Below, piece after piece: positions 9,073 through 19,617 of a DNA stretch of 64,000 bases. Within the stretch, counting starts at the first letter, position 1, and every line of letters starts with the position of its first letter. The DNA is from Nodosilinea sp. Lineage in GTDB: Bacteria; Cyanobacteriota; Cyanobacteriia; Phormidesmidales; Phormidesmidaceae. A model generated the notes under the pieces. It ran no database searches. It was not told the DNA's origin and was given only the letters and a program-made list of their open reading frames with translations. Position numbers and translations under genes: made by a program. The stretch is taken from contig JBBAWV010000001.1 of assembly GCA_040396995.1 (NCBI GenBank), positions 35,258 to 99,257 on the forward strand. The letters are read 5' to 3'.

Positions 9073-9666
9073 ATGTCCCCCCAATCGTCTGGCTCCAAGC
9101 CATCTGTGAATGTTGCCCCCGAGCTAGCTGCTCAGCCCCGCCAAGAGAGCCTTTGGAGCAATGTGCGGACCCTGTTGATTGCCCTGGTGGTGGCGCTGGT
9201 GGTGCGGGTGGCCATTGCCGAACCGCGCTACATTCCGTCAAATTCCATGGATCCGACCCTGCACATTAGTGATCGCCTGCTGGTGGATAAAATTAGCTAT
9301 CGCTGGCAGGCAGCGCATCGGGGCGATATTGTGGTGTTTAAACCGCCCGCCAAACTGGTGAAACTAGGCTATAAAAGCGACCAAGCCTTCATCAAACGCA
9401 TCATTGGCGAACCGGGCGATACCCTTCAAATCGCCGCCGGACAGGTGATCCTCAATGGACAGCCGCTACCGGAGCCCTACATTGCAGAATCCCCCCGGTA
9501 CGAAATGCCAGCGGTGACCGTTCCCTCTGGCTATGTGTTTGTCTTGGGCGACAACCGCAACGACAGCAACGATTCCCATGTTTGGGGGCCGCTCCCCCGG
9601 CAAAACTTAATTGGCAAAGCCCGCCTGCGGTTCTGGCCCTTAGATCGCCTTGGCCCGGTTTCCTAG
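9073..9666 (+). CDS. lepB: Signal peptidase I
   Basis: IPSNSMDPTL (catalytic Ser), FIKRIIG (catalytic Lys), GDNRNDSNDSHVWG. Confidence 0.95.
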   Translation: MSPQSSGSKPSVNVAPELAAQPRQESLWSNVRTLLIALVVALVVRVAIAEPRYIPSNSMDPTLHISDRLLVDKISYRWQAAHRGDIVVFKPPAKLVKLGYKSDQAFIKRIIGEPGDTLQIAAGQVILNGQPLPEPYIAESPRYEMPAVTVPSGYVFVLGDNRNDSNDSHVWGPLPRQNLIGKARLRFWPLDRLGPVS

Positions 9667-9678
9667 CGCTCCGATTTC

Positions 9679-10467
9679 CTAGCGCCCTATTTCCAGCCTT
9701 TCCCCCACGGTCTCAATTTGGGGCAAAGTGGGCAGTGGTTGATCAAAGTCATTCATAATCGGACTGGTCTCTAGGCGCTGGCGAAATTCCTCTGCTCCAA
9801 AGCGCCGCACCCGTCGTTGCAACTCGGCCACATCCACCTCCCCAGGACTCACCAAAAGCTGTTCCCCATCGCGAATCACCACCACGTCGGTCGCTCCGAT
9901 GGGCTGAAAGGTGACTTCCCCTTCCCAGGCGAAAAATTCGACGGGTGCTTGGGGATCCTCAGCAATGTTAATGAAAACCGTAGTACCGCGAATGCCCGCC
10001 GTACCGACGGGGGTTTGAATCGTTACCGGGCCGGGAGGCTGACCCTCAAGCCAGGTCAACATTTGCCCAGCCGCCATCTGAAGCTGCTGATTGGGGCGCA
10101 GGGTCAACGAGGCATTCCCCCCCAAACGAAAGACTAATGTGCCTAGGCTCACCTCCACTAGGGCCGGAGCTTCGGTGCGAACAGTGTCTTCGTATTGCAG
10201 CGCCGTACCCACCTGAGCCGCAACTTCCTCCCCCTGGGCGGGCTGCACCCACACGGGTTGGGTCACAATATCGCGAATGGTGGCGATAGCTTTTGCCAAG
10301 GGGGCTGGTGTCTCGGTTGATGGCGAACTGCTAGGTACAGTAGGGGCAGTCGTTGGGGGGACGACCGTGCCGCGACACCCGACTAGTACCAGTCCGAGCA
10401 AGCCCCAGCCTAGCCCCCATCGCAACGGTTGCAGCCAACTGACGTAAGACAGGAACGCATGTTTCAT
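9679..10467 (-). CDS. FecR-domain lipoprotein
   Basis: Lipobox LVGC; DTVRT, IQTPVGTAGIRGTTV, EGEV FecR signatures. Confidence 0.8.
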   Translation of the reverse strand: MKHAFLSYVSWLQPLRWGLGWGLLGLVLVGCRGTVVPPTTAPTVPSSSPSTETPAPLAKAIATIRDIVTQPVWVQPAQGEEVAAQVGTALQYEDTVRTEAPALVEVSLGTLVFRLGGNASLTLRPNQQLQMAAGQMLTWLEGQPPGPVTIQTPVGTAGIRGTTVFINIAEDPQAPVEFFAWEGEVTFQPIGATDVVVIRDGEQLLVSPGEVDVAELQRRVRRFGAEEFRQRLETSPIMNDFDQPLPTLPQIETVGERLEIGR

Positions 10468-10529
10468 GACCTAGGGCTGTTCAGTAGGATCAGCGGTAAG
10501 AATGGAGCAGTCTTCACCAGCCTAGGCGG

Positions 10530-11549
10530 CTATTCCGGAACGGTGGCGTTCTTCAATCGTTCTAGGGTGGCCATGACGGGCAAATGGTCGGACGCTTGGG
10601 CGGCAGCTTCCACCACCTGCCAATTGCGCAAGGTCAGGGTAGACGGGGTATAAAAGATATAGTCCAAGCTGTATTGGGGGCTATCGGCAGGAAACGTAGC
10701 CGCATTCGTCTGCATCGGAACCGCACTAGCTAAAACTGGGGAATCCAGCAAAATTTGAATCGAAGGCGTTTCCCCAGCTTCCGACTCCGCCGCTCGGTCG
10801 AGGTCGCTGTTAAAGTCCCCCAGCAGCAGCACGGGCATGGTGGCGGCATACCGTTCGGCCAATTGCCGCACAAAGGTGGTTTGGCGGCTACGAGTGGGGC
10901 CGTCAAAAGCCTCCAGGTGAACGTTAATCACCATCAGCGGCTGTCCCGATAGGTCAAGCTCCGTCACCTGGGCTACCCGGTCGAGGTAGAGGGCGTTGTA
11001 GTAAAAGGGATTTGTAGGCACCCGTTCCAGGACAAGGCGCTGGTTATCGCGGATGGGGTAGCGGCTCAGCACCGCTTGGCCAGAGGTGACGGCCTGGTAA
11101 TGGGCTTGGGGTGGCCAGTAGGGAAAGGGCACATAGCGCTTATCCCAGTTCACGACCAGGGCAGCAAAGGGCAGAGTCAACGCCTTGGACAGAGCATACT
11201 GCTGGTTGAGGTGGAAGGATCGGTAGGCATCAAAATCCACCTCTTGCAGGGCCAGCACATCCAGCTTCAGCGGCTGCAACGCGGATATCGCCGTGGCCTG
11301 GTTGGCCTCCAACAATGCTCGATCTCGCACCACCGCCTGCTGATTCGTCATCCCCGACAGATAGCCCAGGTTGTAGGTGGCCACGGTGAGAGTTTCGGGA
11401 TTGTCCGGGCCGGGGGAATCGTCGTAGGTGATGGTGTTGTCGTAGTCGGCCTCGGCCCATCGGGGGCCACTGATGTAGAAAAAAGTCGCCACCAACAGTA
11501 CCAGGGGCAGGTCAATGGCCAGGGTCACGATCCAGAAGATTTTTTTCAC
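10530..11549 (-). CDS. Endonuclease/exonuclease/phosphatase family protein
   Basis: VATYNLGY, LALQEVD, NVHLEA, LLGDFN, LDYIF, SDHLPV; N-terminal TM. Confidence 0.9.
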   Translation of the reverse strand: MKKIFWIVTLAIDLPLVLLVATFFYISGPRWAEADYDNTITYDDSPGPDNPETLTVATYNLGYLSGMTNQQAVVRDRALLEANQATAISALQPLKLDVLALQEVDFDAYRSFHLNQQYALSKALTLPFAALVVNWDKRYVPFPYWPPQAHYQAVTSGQAVLSRYPIRDNQRLVLERVPTNPFYYNALYLDRVAQVTELDLSGQPLMVINVHLEAFDGPTRSRQTTFVRQLAERYAATMPVLLLGDFNSDLDRAAESEAGETPSIQILLDSPVLASAVPMQTNAATFPADSPQYSLDYIFYTPSTLTLRNWQVVEAAAQASDHLPVMATLERLKNATVPE

Positions 11550-11594
11550 CTTGGCATTATTCCCCCGGCGATGGCCTGCGATTCACAGCATTTC

Positions 11595-12434
11595 CTACGA
11601 TTCACGAGGCTTGGCCAACTTAGCCTTGGCCTGTTGCCAAAAAGCTTCCAACTCCTCCACAGAGAGATCGGTGAGGGGCTTGTCGGCGACGGCTTCCACC
11701 AGTTCAAAGCGACGAATGAAGCGCTGGTTAGTGCCGTGAAGCGCCGCTGAAGGATCCAACCCATGCCAACGGGCAATATTGACCAGGGTAAACAGCAAAT
11801 CCCCCAGTTCGGCCTCTTGATTTTCCTTCGGTTCGTGGGCGACGGCCTGGTGAAATTCTTCTAGTTCTTCGTGGAATTTGGCCCACACGCCCTCCACATC
11901 GTCCCACTCAAACCCAGCCTTGGCGGCTTTGGCAGAAATTTTGCTGGCGGCCATCAGCGGCGGCAGGGTGCGATTATACTTGGCCAACTTGGGCGATAGG
12001 CGATCCGGTTCGTGGGGGATGCCTTTCTCCTCGGCCTTGATCCGATCCCAGTTGCGATGCACCTCTTCCGTATCGGCCACGGTCACATCGCCAAACACAT
12101 GGGGATGGCGGCGAATTAGCTTATCGGCAATGCCGTTGGCCACCGTCGCCAAGTCAAAATCCCCCGCATCACTCGCCACCTGGGCCTGCAAAACCACCTG
12201 CAACAACAGATCACCCAGCTCTTCTGCCATGGCCGTAGTATCGCCACTGTGGATGGCATCCACCACCTCATAGGCTTCCTCCACCACGTAGGGAATCAGG
12301 CTTTCAGCGGTTTGCTCCAAATCCCACGGACAACCCGTTTCAGGATGGCGTAGATCGGCCACCACCGCCACCAATCGCCCTAGGGCCGACAAAATTTGGG
12401 CACGACCCGCCTCCGTTGCAAAGGAAGACACCAT
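11595..12434 (-). CDS. mazG: Nucleoside triphosphate pyrophosphohydrolase MazG
   Basis: GCPWDLEQT, EEAYEV, EELGDLLLQV, KLIRRHPHVF; tandem MazG domains. Confidence 0.95.
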   Translation of the reverse strand: MVSSFATEAGRAQILSALGRLVAVVADLRHPETGCPWDLEQTAESLIPYVVEEAYEVVDAIHSGDTTAMAEELGDLLLQVVLQAQVASDAGDFDLATVANGIADKLIRRHPHVFGDVTVADTEEVHRNWDRIKAEEKGIPHEPDRLSPKLAKYNRTLPPLMAASKISAKAAKAGFEWDDVEGVWAKFHEELEEFHQAVAHEPKENQEAELGDLLFTLVNIARWHGLDPSAALHGTNQRFIRRFELVEAVADKPLTDLSVEELEAFWQQAKAKLAKPRES

Positions 12435-12556
12435 GGCACACTCGCAGTAACACCCTTGCAGTCTATAGCGGCTGAGTAGACTTGTCATATCCAAAGTCCA
12501 ACGGCCTCATGCCCGAATTCCGTATCGATCTATGCCCTATGTGTTGCGCCATGGCA

Positions 12557-14344
12557 TTACTCAAAAAGAATGGCGTCCTGCTGTTGTTTGAGTTGCTTTT
12601 GCTCTCGTTTGGTAAGGGGGCGCTGGACATCATCTAGCTGTTGCTGGAGGCGCTCACGGTGGTCAATTTCGGGCAGTTTAAGCACGATGCCTGCGGCTAA
12701 CCAGTAGTAGACGTTCACGGGATCCACATCCAGGGGATAGTAGTAGGGAAAAATGCTGATGAACAGCACAAACACCCACATGGCCGCCCCATAGCCTCTG
12801 AGGCTAGGGTCTTGGATGGATCGGTAGGCTTTGAAGGTGGCAGCGGTGAGGGTGAGGTATAGCGCCAGGGTGGCTAGCAGCCCAAGGGGGCCAATTTCGT
12901 AGAGCAGTTTGGGATGGTAGGTTTCCACTAGTTCCGTTTGGCCGAAGATGCGGGCGGAGTTGGTGGCACGGCCTACCCCTCGGCCCAAAAAGCCTTCCTG
13001 CTGCCGTTGTGCCCATTGAAATTGCTGAAGGATAAATGCATGGGGGGGCGAGGCCGCCCAGCGACCCTGAAAGCTGGTCACACGTTCATTGACGACGTCG
13101 GGGTTTTGAACGATGAAAACGCCGATTAAAAAGACTAGGCCCAGGCCCACGGGCAGAAAGCGCTTTAGGTTGACCACTTGGCCCGTGAGGATGAGCAGCC
13201 CTGCGATGGTGGTGGGCACTAGGGCAAGGGCAATCCGCTGACCCGACACCACGGCCATAATCCCCACCGCAGCCAGGGCGGCTAGGCCAATAACGCGCCA
13301 AATCGTAGATCGGTCGTTGAAGGCGGTGCCAAAGGCGAAAAAACTACTAGAAATGAGAAACCAGCCCCATTGCCAGGGGGCATTAAAGGTGCCCGGTAGC
13401 CGAATTTGGCCTTGGGAGGGGGCATAGAGTAGAGAGCCACCGACTAGGCAGCGGGCTTCTAGGGAGGCCCTGAACAGATCGGCTCCTGTCCCCACCGTGC
13501 CCCGGCAAATGCCCGTCCGCAGCATCAAAAACTGGGCGAACCCTAGCAAACAGCAGATTAAGATTACGACTACCTGCGCCCGCAGCAGCCAATACACATC
13601 CTGCCGATTCCTCAGTAAGTAATAGATGCAGGGAATCAGCAGCACATAGCCCAGCAACACCTTGAGCCCTAACACGCCAATGAGAATGGGAATTTCGCCG
13701 GAGGCGGAGAGTTGTTGACTGCCGTTGACCACCAGCATGGTTAAACCACACAATGCAAGCAACACAATCAGCGGCCCCTTGATGGCAGGAGGGATGATGA
13801 GGGGCTGTCGGGTTTTGCGGCAAAACTGCACCACACCCAGCAGAGCCGGGAAGAAAATGGCATCCTTCGCCAGTTGCAAAATGCCGCTGCCGCCCAGGGC
13901 ATAGACCACCGTGCCACCGAAGGGGACATAGAAAATGAAGGCATAGATAGCCTGTCGGGGATAGCGATAGGCCATGGCCATGGTGACGATAGCCGCCGGG
14001 GCCGCTAACCCCACCTTTGGCCCTGCCACGAGGGCGGCCAGCACTCCTAGCACTCCTGCCGCAAATAGGATCGTCGAGAGGTAGCTAATGAGCGCTTGCC
14101 GTTCTTTTTTGATCTGGCGCTGTCTGGCCCGTTCCTCTCGGCGGGCTTGTTTGGGGTCGAGGGTTTCTGAATCCGCCGTTGCGGTGTGGGTGCCTGCCCC
14201 CGGGTTACCTGCGTTATTTTTCCCTGACCGTTTTTTGCCCGCTGTTTTTTTAGCCGCTCGTTTCTTGCCCAACCGTTTTGCTCCCTCGGCTGAGGAGGGA
14301 GGCACCGCGTGAGACGCTTTGGGGGAACGGGTAGCTTTGGCCAT
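12557..14344 (-). CDS. hpsL: Hormogonium polysaccharide biosynthesis protein HpsL (O-antigen ligase/Wzy-like)
   Basis: Lys-rich N-terminus, RLPGTF..PWQW, SGQRIAL, GRGVGRATNSAR, ETYHPKLLYEIG, YYPLDVDPVNVYYW. Confidence 0.8.
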   Translation of the reverse strand: MAKATRSPKASHAVPPSSAEGAKRLGKKRAAKKTAGKKRSGKNNAGNPGAGTHTATADSETLDPKQARREERARQRQIKKERQALISYLSTILFAAGVLGVLAALVAGPKVGLAAPAAIVTMAMAYRYPRQAIYAFIFYVPFGGTVVYALGGSGILQLAKDAIFFPALLGVVQFCRKTRQPLIIPPAIKGPLIVLLALCGLTMLVVNGSQQLSASGEIPILIGVLGLKVLLGYVLLIPCIYYLLRNRQDVYWLLRAQVVVILICCLLGFAQFLMLRTGICRGTVGTGADLFRASLEARCLVGGSLLYAPSQGQIRLPGTFNAPWQWGWFLISSSFFAFGTAFNDRSTIWRVIGLAALAAVGIMAVVSGQRIALALVPTTIAGLLILTGQVVNLKRFLPVGLGLVFLIGVFIVQNPDVVNERVTSFQGRWAASPPHAFILQQFQWAQRQQEGFLGRGVGRATNSARIFGQTELVETYHPKLLYEIGPLGLLATLALYLTLTAATFKAYRSIQDPSLRGYGAAMWVFVLFISIFPYYYPLDVDPVNVYYWLAAGIVLKLPEIDHRERLQQQLDDVQRPLTKREQKQLKQQQDAILFE

Positions 14345-14648
14345 CGGCAAACGAGGGGGGGAACAACGGCGAGGGCGATTCCACTCTAGCGAAATCCTGC
14401 GTTATGGCGCGTCCTAGGGCTGGGGTGCGGTATCCTTTTGCTCGATTGGCAAACGAGACGCCTAGGGGTGATTACCGCTCGATGATGGCCCTATCGCCCA
14501 ATGTATCGACAATATTTTTAAGCCCTATGGTGAGTTCAAAGCTCTGGATAGCTAGTCCATGATTTTCCTAGGTTATTCTAACGGCAGATCCCCGATCCAC
14601 AATTTTCCCTAGCGATCTCTCAATCCGCCCACACGCTGCCCCCTTGCC

Positions 14649-16310
14649 ATGCCTCACCATGCCCACCAGTCCCCTAGCGCCAGCACCCTTCTCGCTGAGC
14701 TCGTGGCCATCGTCACCGACCTGCCCAGCTATGCATCCCTGGAGGACGGTCTTCAGCAGGTTGTCCAGCGGGTTAGACCCTTGCTGGGGGTAGATCGGCT
14801 GTTGATCTATCGCTTTTTGCCCGACCAAGATGCCATGATTGCAGCGGAAGCGGTAGGGGCAGAGGTGCGGCCCCTGCGGGGAGAGTTGATCTATGACCCC
14901 TGTTTTGAGGCGGATTGGGTGACCCGCTACCGCCAGGGCCACATCAGCCGGGTGGATGATGTGCGCCACAGCCATCTCAACCCTTGCTATGTGGAGTTGC
15001 TAACGCGACTCCAGGTGCAGGCCAACTTAGCTGTCCCCCTCTTCTGTGGCCATCGGCTGTGGGCGTTGTTAATTGCCCACCAATGCTGCCCTCCTCGCCC
15101 TTGGCAAGATCTCGACGTGGCGGTGATGCAGCATTTGGCCCACCACCTGGGCCAGACCATCGAGCGCGATTGCCTCCAGCGGCAAATGCAGACCGAACGG
15201 GAACTGTGGATCTTGGCCCTACAATCCGCCGAAACGGCCCTGCGCCGCCGCATCGATCAAGAGGCGCTGCTGAATACCATTACCCTACGGATGCGGTCGA
15301 GCCTCGATTTAGCCGAGGTCTTAGCCAACACCGCCGCTGAGGTACGCGACCTCTTTGAGGCGGATCGAGCCGTGATCTATCAACTCTGTGGCGATGGCCA
15401 GCGGCGGGTGGTGCAGCAGGCGATCCAGTCTCCCTGCTCTGCGGTGGATCTAGGGCTGTTGCTGCCCGAAGCCCTTCCTGCCGTCTTTTGGGATCGCTTT
15501 CGCCAGGGGCACCCCTGCGTTGTGGATGATGTGGATCAGGTGCCATGGGCCGGAGAAGTGGCCACCTTTCTACGCACCTTTCAGGTGAAGTCGGCCATGA
15601 TCGCTCCTATTAGCAGCTATAACCAAGGCCGCAACCACACCCTTTGGGGGATCCTGGCCATCCACGCCTGCCAACGACGGCCCTGGCAACCCCAGGAAGC
15701 CGATATGCTGCAACAGGTGGCCAACCAACTGGCCATCGCCATCCACCAGGCCGAACTCTATGGCCAACTGGCCCAGGCTAACCAAGAACTGAACCGCCTC
15801 GCTCGCATCGATGCCCTCACCCAACTGGCCAACCGCCGCTGGCTCGATGAATACCTGCGGCAGGAGTGGTATCGCTTGGCCCGCCTAGGGCAATCCCTCA
15901 GCGTGGTGCTGATTGACGTAGACCACTTCAAAGCCTACAACGACACCTACGGCCATGCCGCTGGAGATCAAGTCCTCAGCGCCATTGCCCGATCAATCAA
16001 AACCTCTGTGCGGCGATCTACCGATCTGGCCGCCCGCTATGGGGGCGAAGAATTTGCCCTCGTGCTGCCCAACACCGAGACCGCTGGTGCTATTCAGGTC
16101 GTTGAGACCATCCGCAAAACCCTGCAAAAGCTGGCCCTACCCCACGGAGCCCAGGCCCAGCAGCCCTTTGTCACCCTTAGCTTTGGCCTTGCGACCCAGC
16201 CCCCCACCCCCACCGAACCCTGGGAACAACTCATGCACCAGGCGGATATTGCCCTCTACGCGGCCAAGACCAAAGGCCGCAATCGCTACGAAGTCTTTGG
16301 AACCCAATAG
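14649..16310 (+). CDS. GAF-GAF-GGDEF diguanylate cyclase; first GAF cyanobacteriochrome-like
   Basis: DPCF and LNPCY in GAF1; DVDHFKAYNDTYGH, RYGGEEF. Confidence 0.9.
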   Translation: MPHHAHQSPSASTLLAELVAIVTDLPSYASLEDGLQQVVQRVRPLLGVDRLLIYRFLPDQDAMIAAEAVGAEVRPLRGELIYDPCFEADWVTRYRQGHISRVDDVRHSHLNPCYVELLTRLQVQANLAVPLFCGHRLWALLIAHQCCPPRPWQDLDVAVMQHLAHHLGQTIERDCLQRQMQTERELWILALQSAETALRRRIDQEALLNTITLRMRSSLDLAEVLANTAAEVRDLFEADRAVIYQLCGDGQRRVVQQAIQSPCSAVDLGLLLPEALPAVFWDRFRQGHPCVVDDVDQVPWAGEVATFLRTFQVKSAMIAPISSYNQGRNHTLWGILAIHACQRRPWQPQEADMLQQVANQLAIAIHQAELYGQLAQANQELNRLARIDALTQLANRRWLDEYLRQEWYRLARLGQSLSVVLIDVDHFKAYNDTYGHAAGDQVLSAIARSIKTSVRRSTDLAARYGGEEFALVLPNTETAGAIQVVETIRKTLQKLALPHGAQAQQPFVTLSFGLATQPPTPTEPWEQLMHQADIALYAAKTKGRNRYEVFGTQ

Positions 16311-16356
16311 CCCAATTCAACGACATAGGAACGAGGAGCTTTTTCGTTTACGGCTC

Positions 16357-18225
16357 ATGCCGGGAGAATCTGCTGTGGTACGCAAAACTGCTCAACGCTT
16401 TTTGGCCCTCGCCCTGGCCGCCTACAGTGTAGCTATGGTGGGGAACTTGGCCCATGGCCTTAACCGTGCGGCTTGGGCGGTCGATCCTGACGGGGTAGCC
16501 GATACCTCGGCGATAATCGAGTTCCCGGCGATAGTCGAGCCTACAGCAACACCGTCGGCAACGATACCGTATACCGCTGAATACGGGGCTCCTGAACACG
16601 GGGCTCCCCCCATCGAGGCGTTGGCCCCATTCCTAGGAATGGGTGAGGATGCAGACAACGGCTGGGTATTGGCCACCGATCCAGAGGCAAACCCCAGCGA
16701 AGTCACGGGATCGGTCGCAGCGCCAGAACTAGAGGTCACCACCCCAGAAGACACCCCAGAAGACACCCCGGAAGACACCCCGGAAGACACCCCGGAATCG
16801 GAACCTTCGGTGGCGATGGCGGGTTTGTTGCGAGGGCTGTCCCCCGATCAGGTCAAGCGCAGCCAGTTACTCATGGAGGCGGATCGCCATCTGTTAGCGG
16901 GAGATCGGGAGGCGGCGGACGCCCTCTATCGCCAGGCCAAGGAGGCGAAGTGGTTGGCGGAAATGACCAGCCGCACAGCCATTATCCCCATCACCAACCC
17001 GGAGGAACTGCCCGCAGCGGGTCGGGTCTATTGGCGAGAGGCCCAGGCAGGCTTAGCGTCTGGATTCCCAAACCGGGTGTTGGTACCCCTGGAACTGTTG
17101 GTGAAGGACTATCCCGAATTTTTGCCCGCCCAATCGCTGTACGTGCGCTACCTCATTCAGCAGGAACGCATGGATGAGGCGCGGCAGTTGTTGGAGGCGG
17201 TGGCTCTGCAGTTCCCCTATCATCCCGATGTTCTGCGGGCGGAAATTCAGCTTCAGATGGCCCAGGAACAATGGATTGAGGCCGCTATCACCGCCAATCA
17301 GTTTGCCTTGCTCAACCCAGATCACCCCGACGCCGCTGCCATGGAGCAACTAGCCCAGGACAATTTCAACCGTTTTCGGGGCCAAGTGAACGCTAACCTC
17401 ACCCGCAATTTAGTGGGCAATATCATCACCGGAGCCGCCAGCTATTTTCTCACGGGGGGGCTGTTTGGGCCATTCACCGCCATCAATTCTGGCATTTTGC
17501 TGATGCAGGGGGAAAGCGCCCTCGGTCAACAAGCGGCGGATCAGGTGAAACGACAGTTGCCCATCGTCACCGACCCGGAGGTGCGGAACTACGTCAACGA
17601 CATTGGCCACAAGCTAGCCGCCCTAGCTGGACGTGAGGAGTTTGACTACACCTTTGAGGTAGTGATGGACGACAGCCTCAACGCCTTTGCGCTACCGGGG
17701 GGCAAAATCTTCATCAATGCTGGAGCGATCACCAACAGCTACTCCGAAGCCGAACTGGCCGGACTGCTGGGCCACGAAATTTCCCATGCGGTGCTGTCCC
17801 ACGGGTTCCAAATGGTCACCCAGGGCAACCTCACAGCCAGTCTCGCGGCCTTCATCCCGATTCCAGAGGTGGCCAGCCTCACCGCCAACCTGATTGTGGC
17901 CGGATATTCCCGCGACATGGAACGCCAGTCCGATATTTTGGGCACAAAACTGCTGTCCACGGGCCACTATGCTGCCGATGGTCTCCATAACCTGATGGCC
18001 ACCCTAGAGGAAACCTACGGTAACCAGAGCGTCACCTGGTTTTCCTCCCACCCTAATCCTAGGGATCGGATTAACTACCTAAAGCAGTTGATCGACCAAG
18101 GGGGCTTTGACCGCTACACCTACGAGGGGGTGGAAAAGCACCTAGCGATGCGTCAAAAAACCATCCAACTCATCAACGAATACAGACTGGAGCAAAATCG
18201 CCCAGACAAGCTACCCCGCCGCTAG
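16357..18225 (+). CDS. M48-family metallopeptidase with TPR-like region and acidic linker
   Basis: Signal-like N-terminus; LNAFALPGG, GHEISH (HExxH), YSRDMERQSD, SSHP; start moved from 15955. Confidence 0.88.
   Translation: MPGESAVVRKTAQRFLALALAAYSVAMVGNLAHGLNRAAWAVDPDGVADTSAIIEFPAIVEPTATPSATIPYTAEYGAPEHGAPPIEALAPFLGMGEDADNGWVLATDPEANPSEVTGSVAAPELEVTTPEDTPEDTPEDTPEDTPESEPSVAMAGLLRGLSPDQVKRSQLLMEADRHLLAGDREAADALYRQAKEAKWLAEMTSRTAIIPITNPEELPAAGRVYWREAQAGLASGFPNRVLVPLELLVKDYPEFLPAQSLYVRYLIQQERMDEARQLLEAVALQFPYHPDVLRAEIQLQMAQEQWIEAAITANQFALLNPDHPDAAAMEQLAQDNFNRFRGQVNANLTRNLVGNIITGAASYFLTGGLFGPFTAINSGILLMQGESALGQQAADQVKRQLPIVTDPEVRNYVNDIGHKLAALAGREEFDYTFEVVMDDSLNAFALPGGKIFINAGAITNSYSEAELAGLLGHEISHAVLSHGFQMVTQGNLTASLAAFIPIPEVASLTANLIVAGYSRDMERQSDILGTKLLSTGHYAADGLHNLMATLEETYGNQSVTWFSSHPNPRDRINYLKQLIDQGGFDRYTYEGVEKHLAMRQKTIQLINEYRLEQNRPDKLPRR
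16741..16797 (+). repeat. In-frame 12-bp tandem repeat encoding (TPED)x4
   Basis: ACCCC(A/G)GAAGAC x4.75. Confidence 0.9.
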
Positions 18226-18649
18226 GCAGAGAGCCACCGATGCAACGGCGGTTTCCCGTGGTGTAGGGCGTATTGGGGGGATTTTCTAGGCGGTTTTATG
18301 GATCGTGGTGAGAGGTGGATCACCCTGATCAACCCCAGAAAGAGGGAGGGAGTAGGCCGTTGCGAGGGTCTCAGTCGTAACCCTGAAGGGCTAGATCAGA
18401 CCTCCTCCGTAAAATTGACAGGGTTGGCTGTCGCTAACCCGGAACCTGCTGCTAAATCGCCATGAAACTCATCCATTGTGGCAGGATATCTTCACATAAA
18501 ATTCATGATTGCGCTTATAATCCTGGCAAGGCATCTATCAAACATCAGTGGTTATACCGTGATTGTTGTGATCGGCATCACCAAACTCAAAGCGTTCTGT
18601 GCGTATTGTGTTGGTTGATGAAGGCTTCAGTATTGTAGGAAGGCTGGCC

Positions 18650-19027
18650 ATGGATCAGGGGTCGAAATCGCTACGTATCGTGGGTCACCTTGTGCGCGGA
18701 GTGTGCTATGGGAGTTCCTCCCTCCCAGGTCATCATGCTCAGCTCACGACGATTCCTCCAGAGCGGGTGGGCTTACAGGGTGAGTATGATTACTATGGTC
18801 TCGCTAAGCGCATCCAGGCTGAGTTTAAAAACCGCCTAGGTCGGATCGATGCTGCCAAGGTCAGCATTAAACAGCGGGGCGGGGTGATTATCCTCAGCGG
18901 GCAGGTGGACTGCCACGATGTTCTCGACGACCTAATCGCCATTGCCCTTCGCACCGAAGGCAGCACCCACGTTGAAGTGTGCGATATGGTGATTTCCGCC
19001 CTAGCGACCGGATTGCAAGTCGCCTAG
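18650..19027 (+). CDS. BON-like (phospholipid-binding) small protein
   Basis: DYYGLAKRIQ...VSIKQRGGVIILSGQV...IALRTEG..HVEV; RBS AGGAAGG. Confidence 0.65.
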   Translation: MDQGSKSLRIVGHLVRGVCYGSSSLPGHHAQLTTIPPERVGLQGEYDYYGLAKRIQAEFKNRLGRIDAAKVSIKQRGGVIILSGQVDCHDVLDDLIAIALRTEGSTHVEVCDMVISALATGLQVA

Positions 19028-19076
19028 GCTACGCCAAAGCGTAACCTTAACGCTATCGTCAAGTATCCGAAAATCC

Positions 19077-19568
19077 CTAATTCTCTTCCTCAGCCGCCAC
19101 CGTCTGGGTCATGTCTGCTGCCTTTTGTTTAAGGGCATCCCAGCGCTGCTCCAGTTCTTCCCGCTCCTGTTTTAGGTTGCGTTCCAGCTCTTGAATTTCA
19201 TCACGACGGGCGGCGGTTTCTAGGGCGCGTCGGTCTACCTCTTGGCTTTTCAGCGTAAGGGACTGTCGCCACCGTTCGGCCCGTTCAATTTCCTGCTCTA
19301 GGGCTTCGGGGGTTACCCCATAGCTGAGGTAGTGATCCACTAAATCGAGCACCCAAGGGGTTGCATCTTCAACGGTGCCCACTTGATTCAAGCCGTCTAG
19401 TTCCACCAACACCAGGGCTCCTTCCTGGAAGGCTAACACGCGGGTGGTTTCGACTAAACGCTCGGTCGCGATCCGTTCCCAGGTGGCTTCGGAGGTGCGC
19501 ACCGCTAGCAGCGCCAATTCGGCCCCGCCAAGGAATGCTTTTTTTTGCACCTTCGCCAGATATTGCAT
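19077..19568 (-). CDS. Conserved cyanobacterial coiled-coil protein with HmpF-like N-terminus
   Basis: MQYLAKVQKK...LALLA..EATW, GALVLVEL, EIERAERWRQSLTLKSQEVDRR. Confidence 0.65.
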   Translation of the reverse strand: MQYLAKVQKKAFLGGAELALLAVRTSEATWERIATERLVETTRVLAFQEGALVLVELDGLNQVGTVEDATPWVLDLVDHYLSYGVTPEALEQEIERAERWRQSLTLKSQEVDRRALETAARRDEIQELERNLKQEREELEQRWDALKQKAADMTQTVAAEEEN

Positions 19569-19617
19569 GGGCGGATATGGGGATACCTATGGCTTGAGTA
19601 TACCGCTAGAGTTTGCC

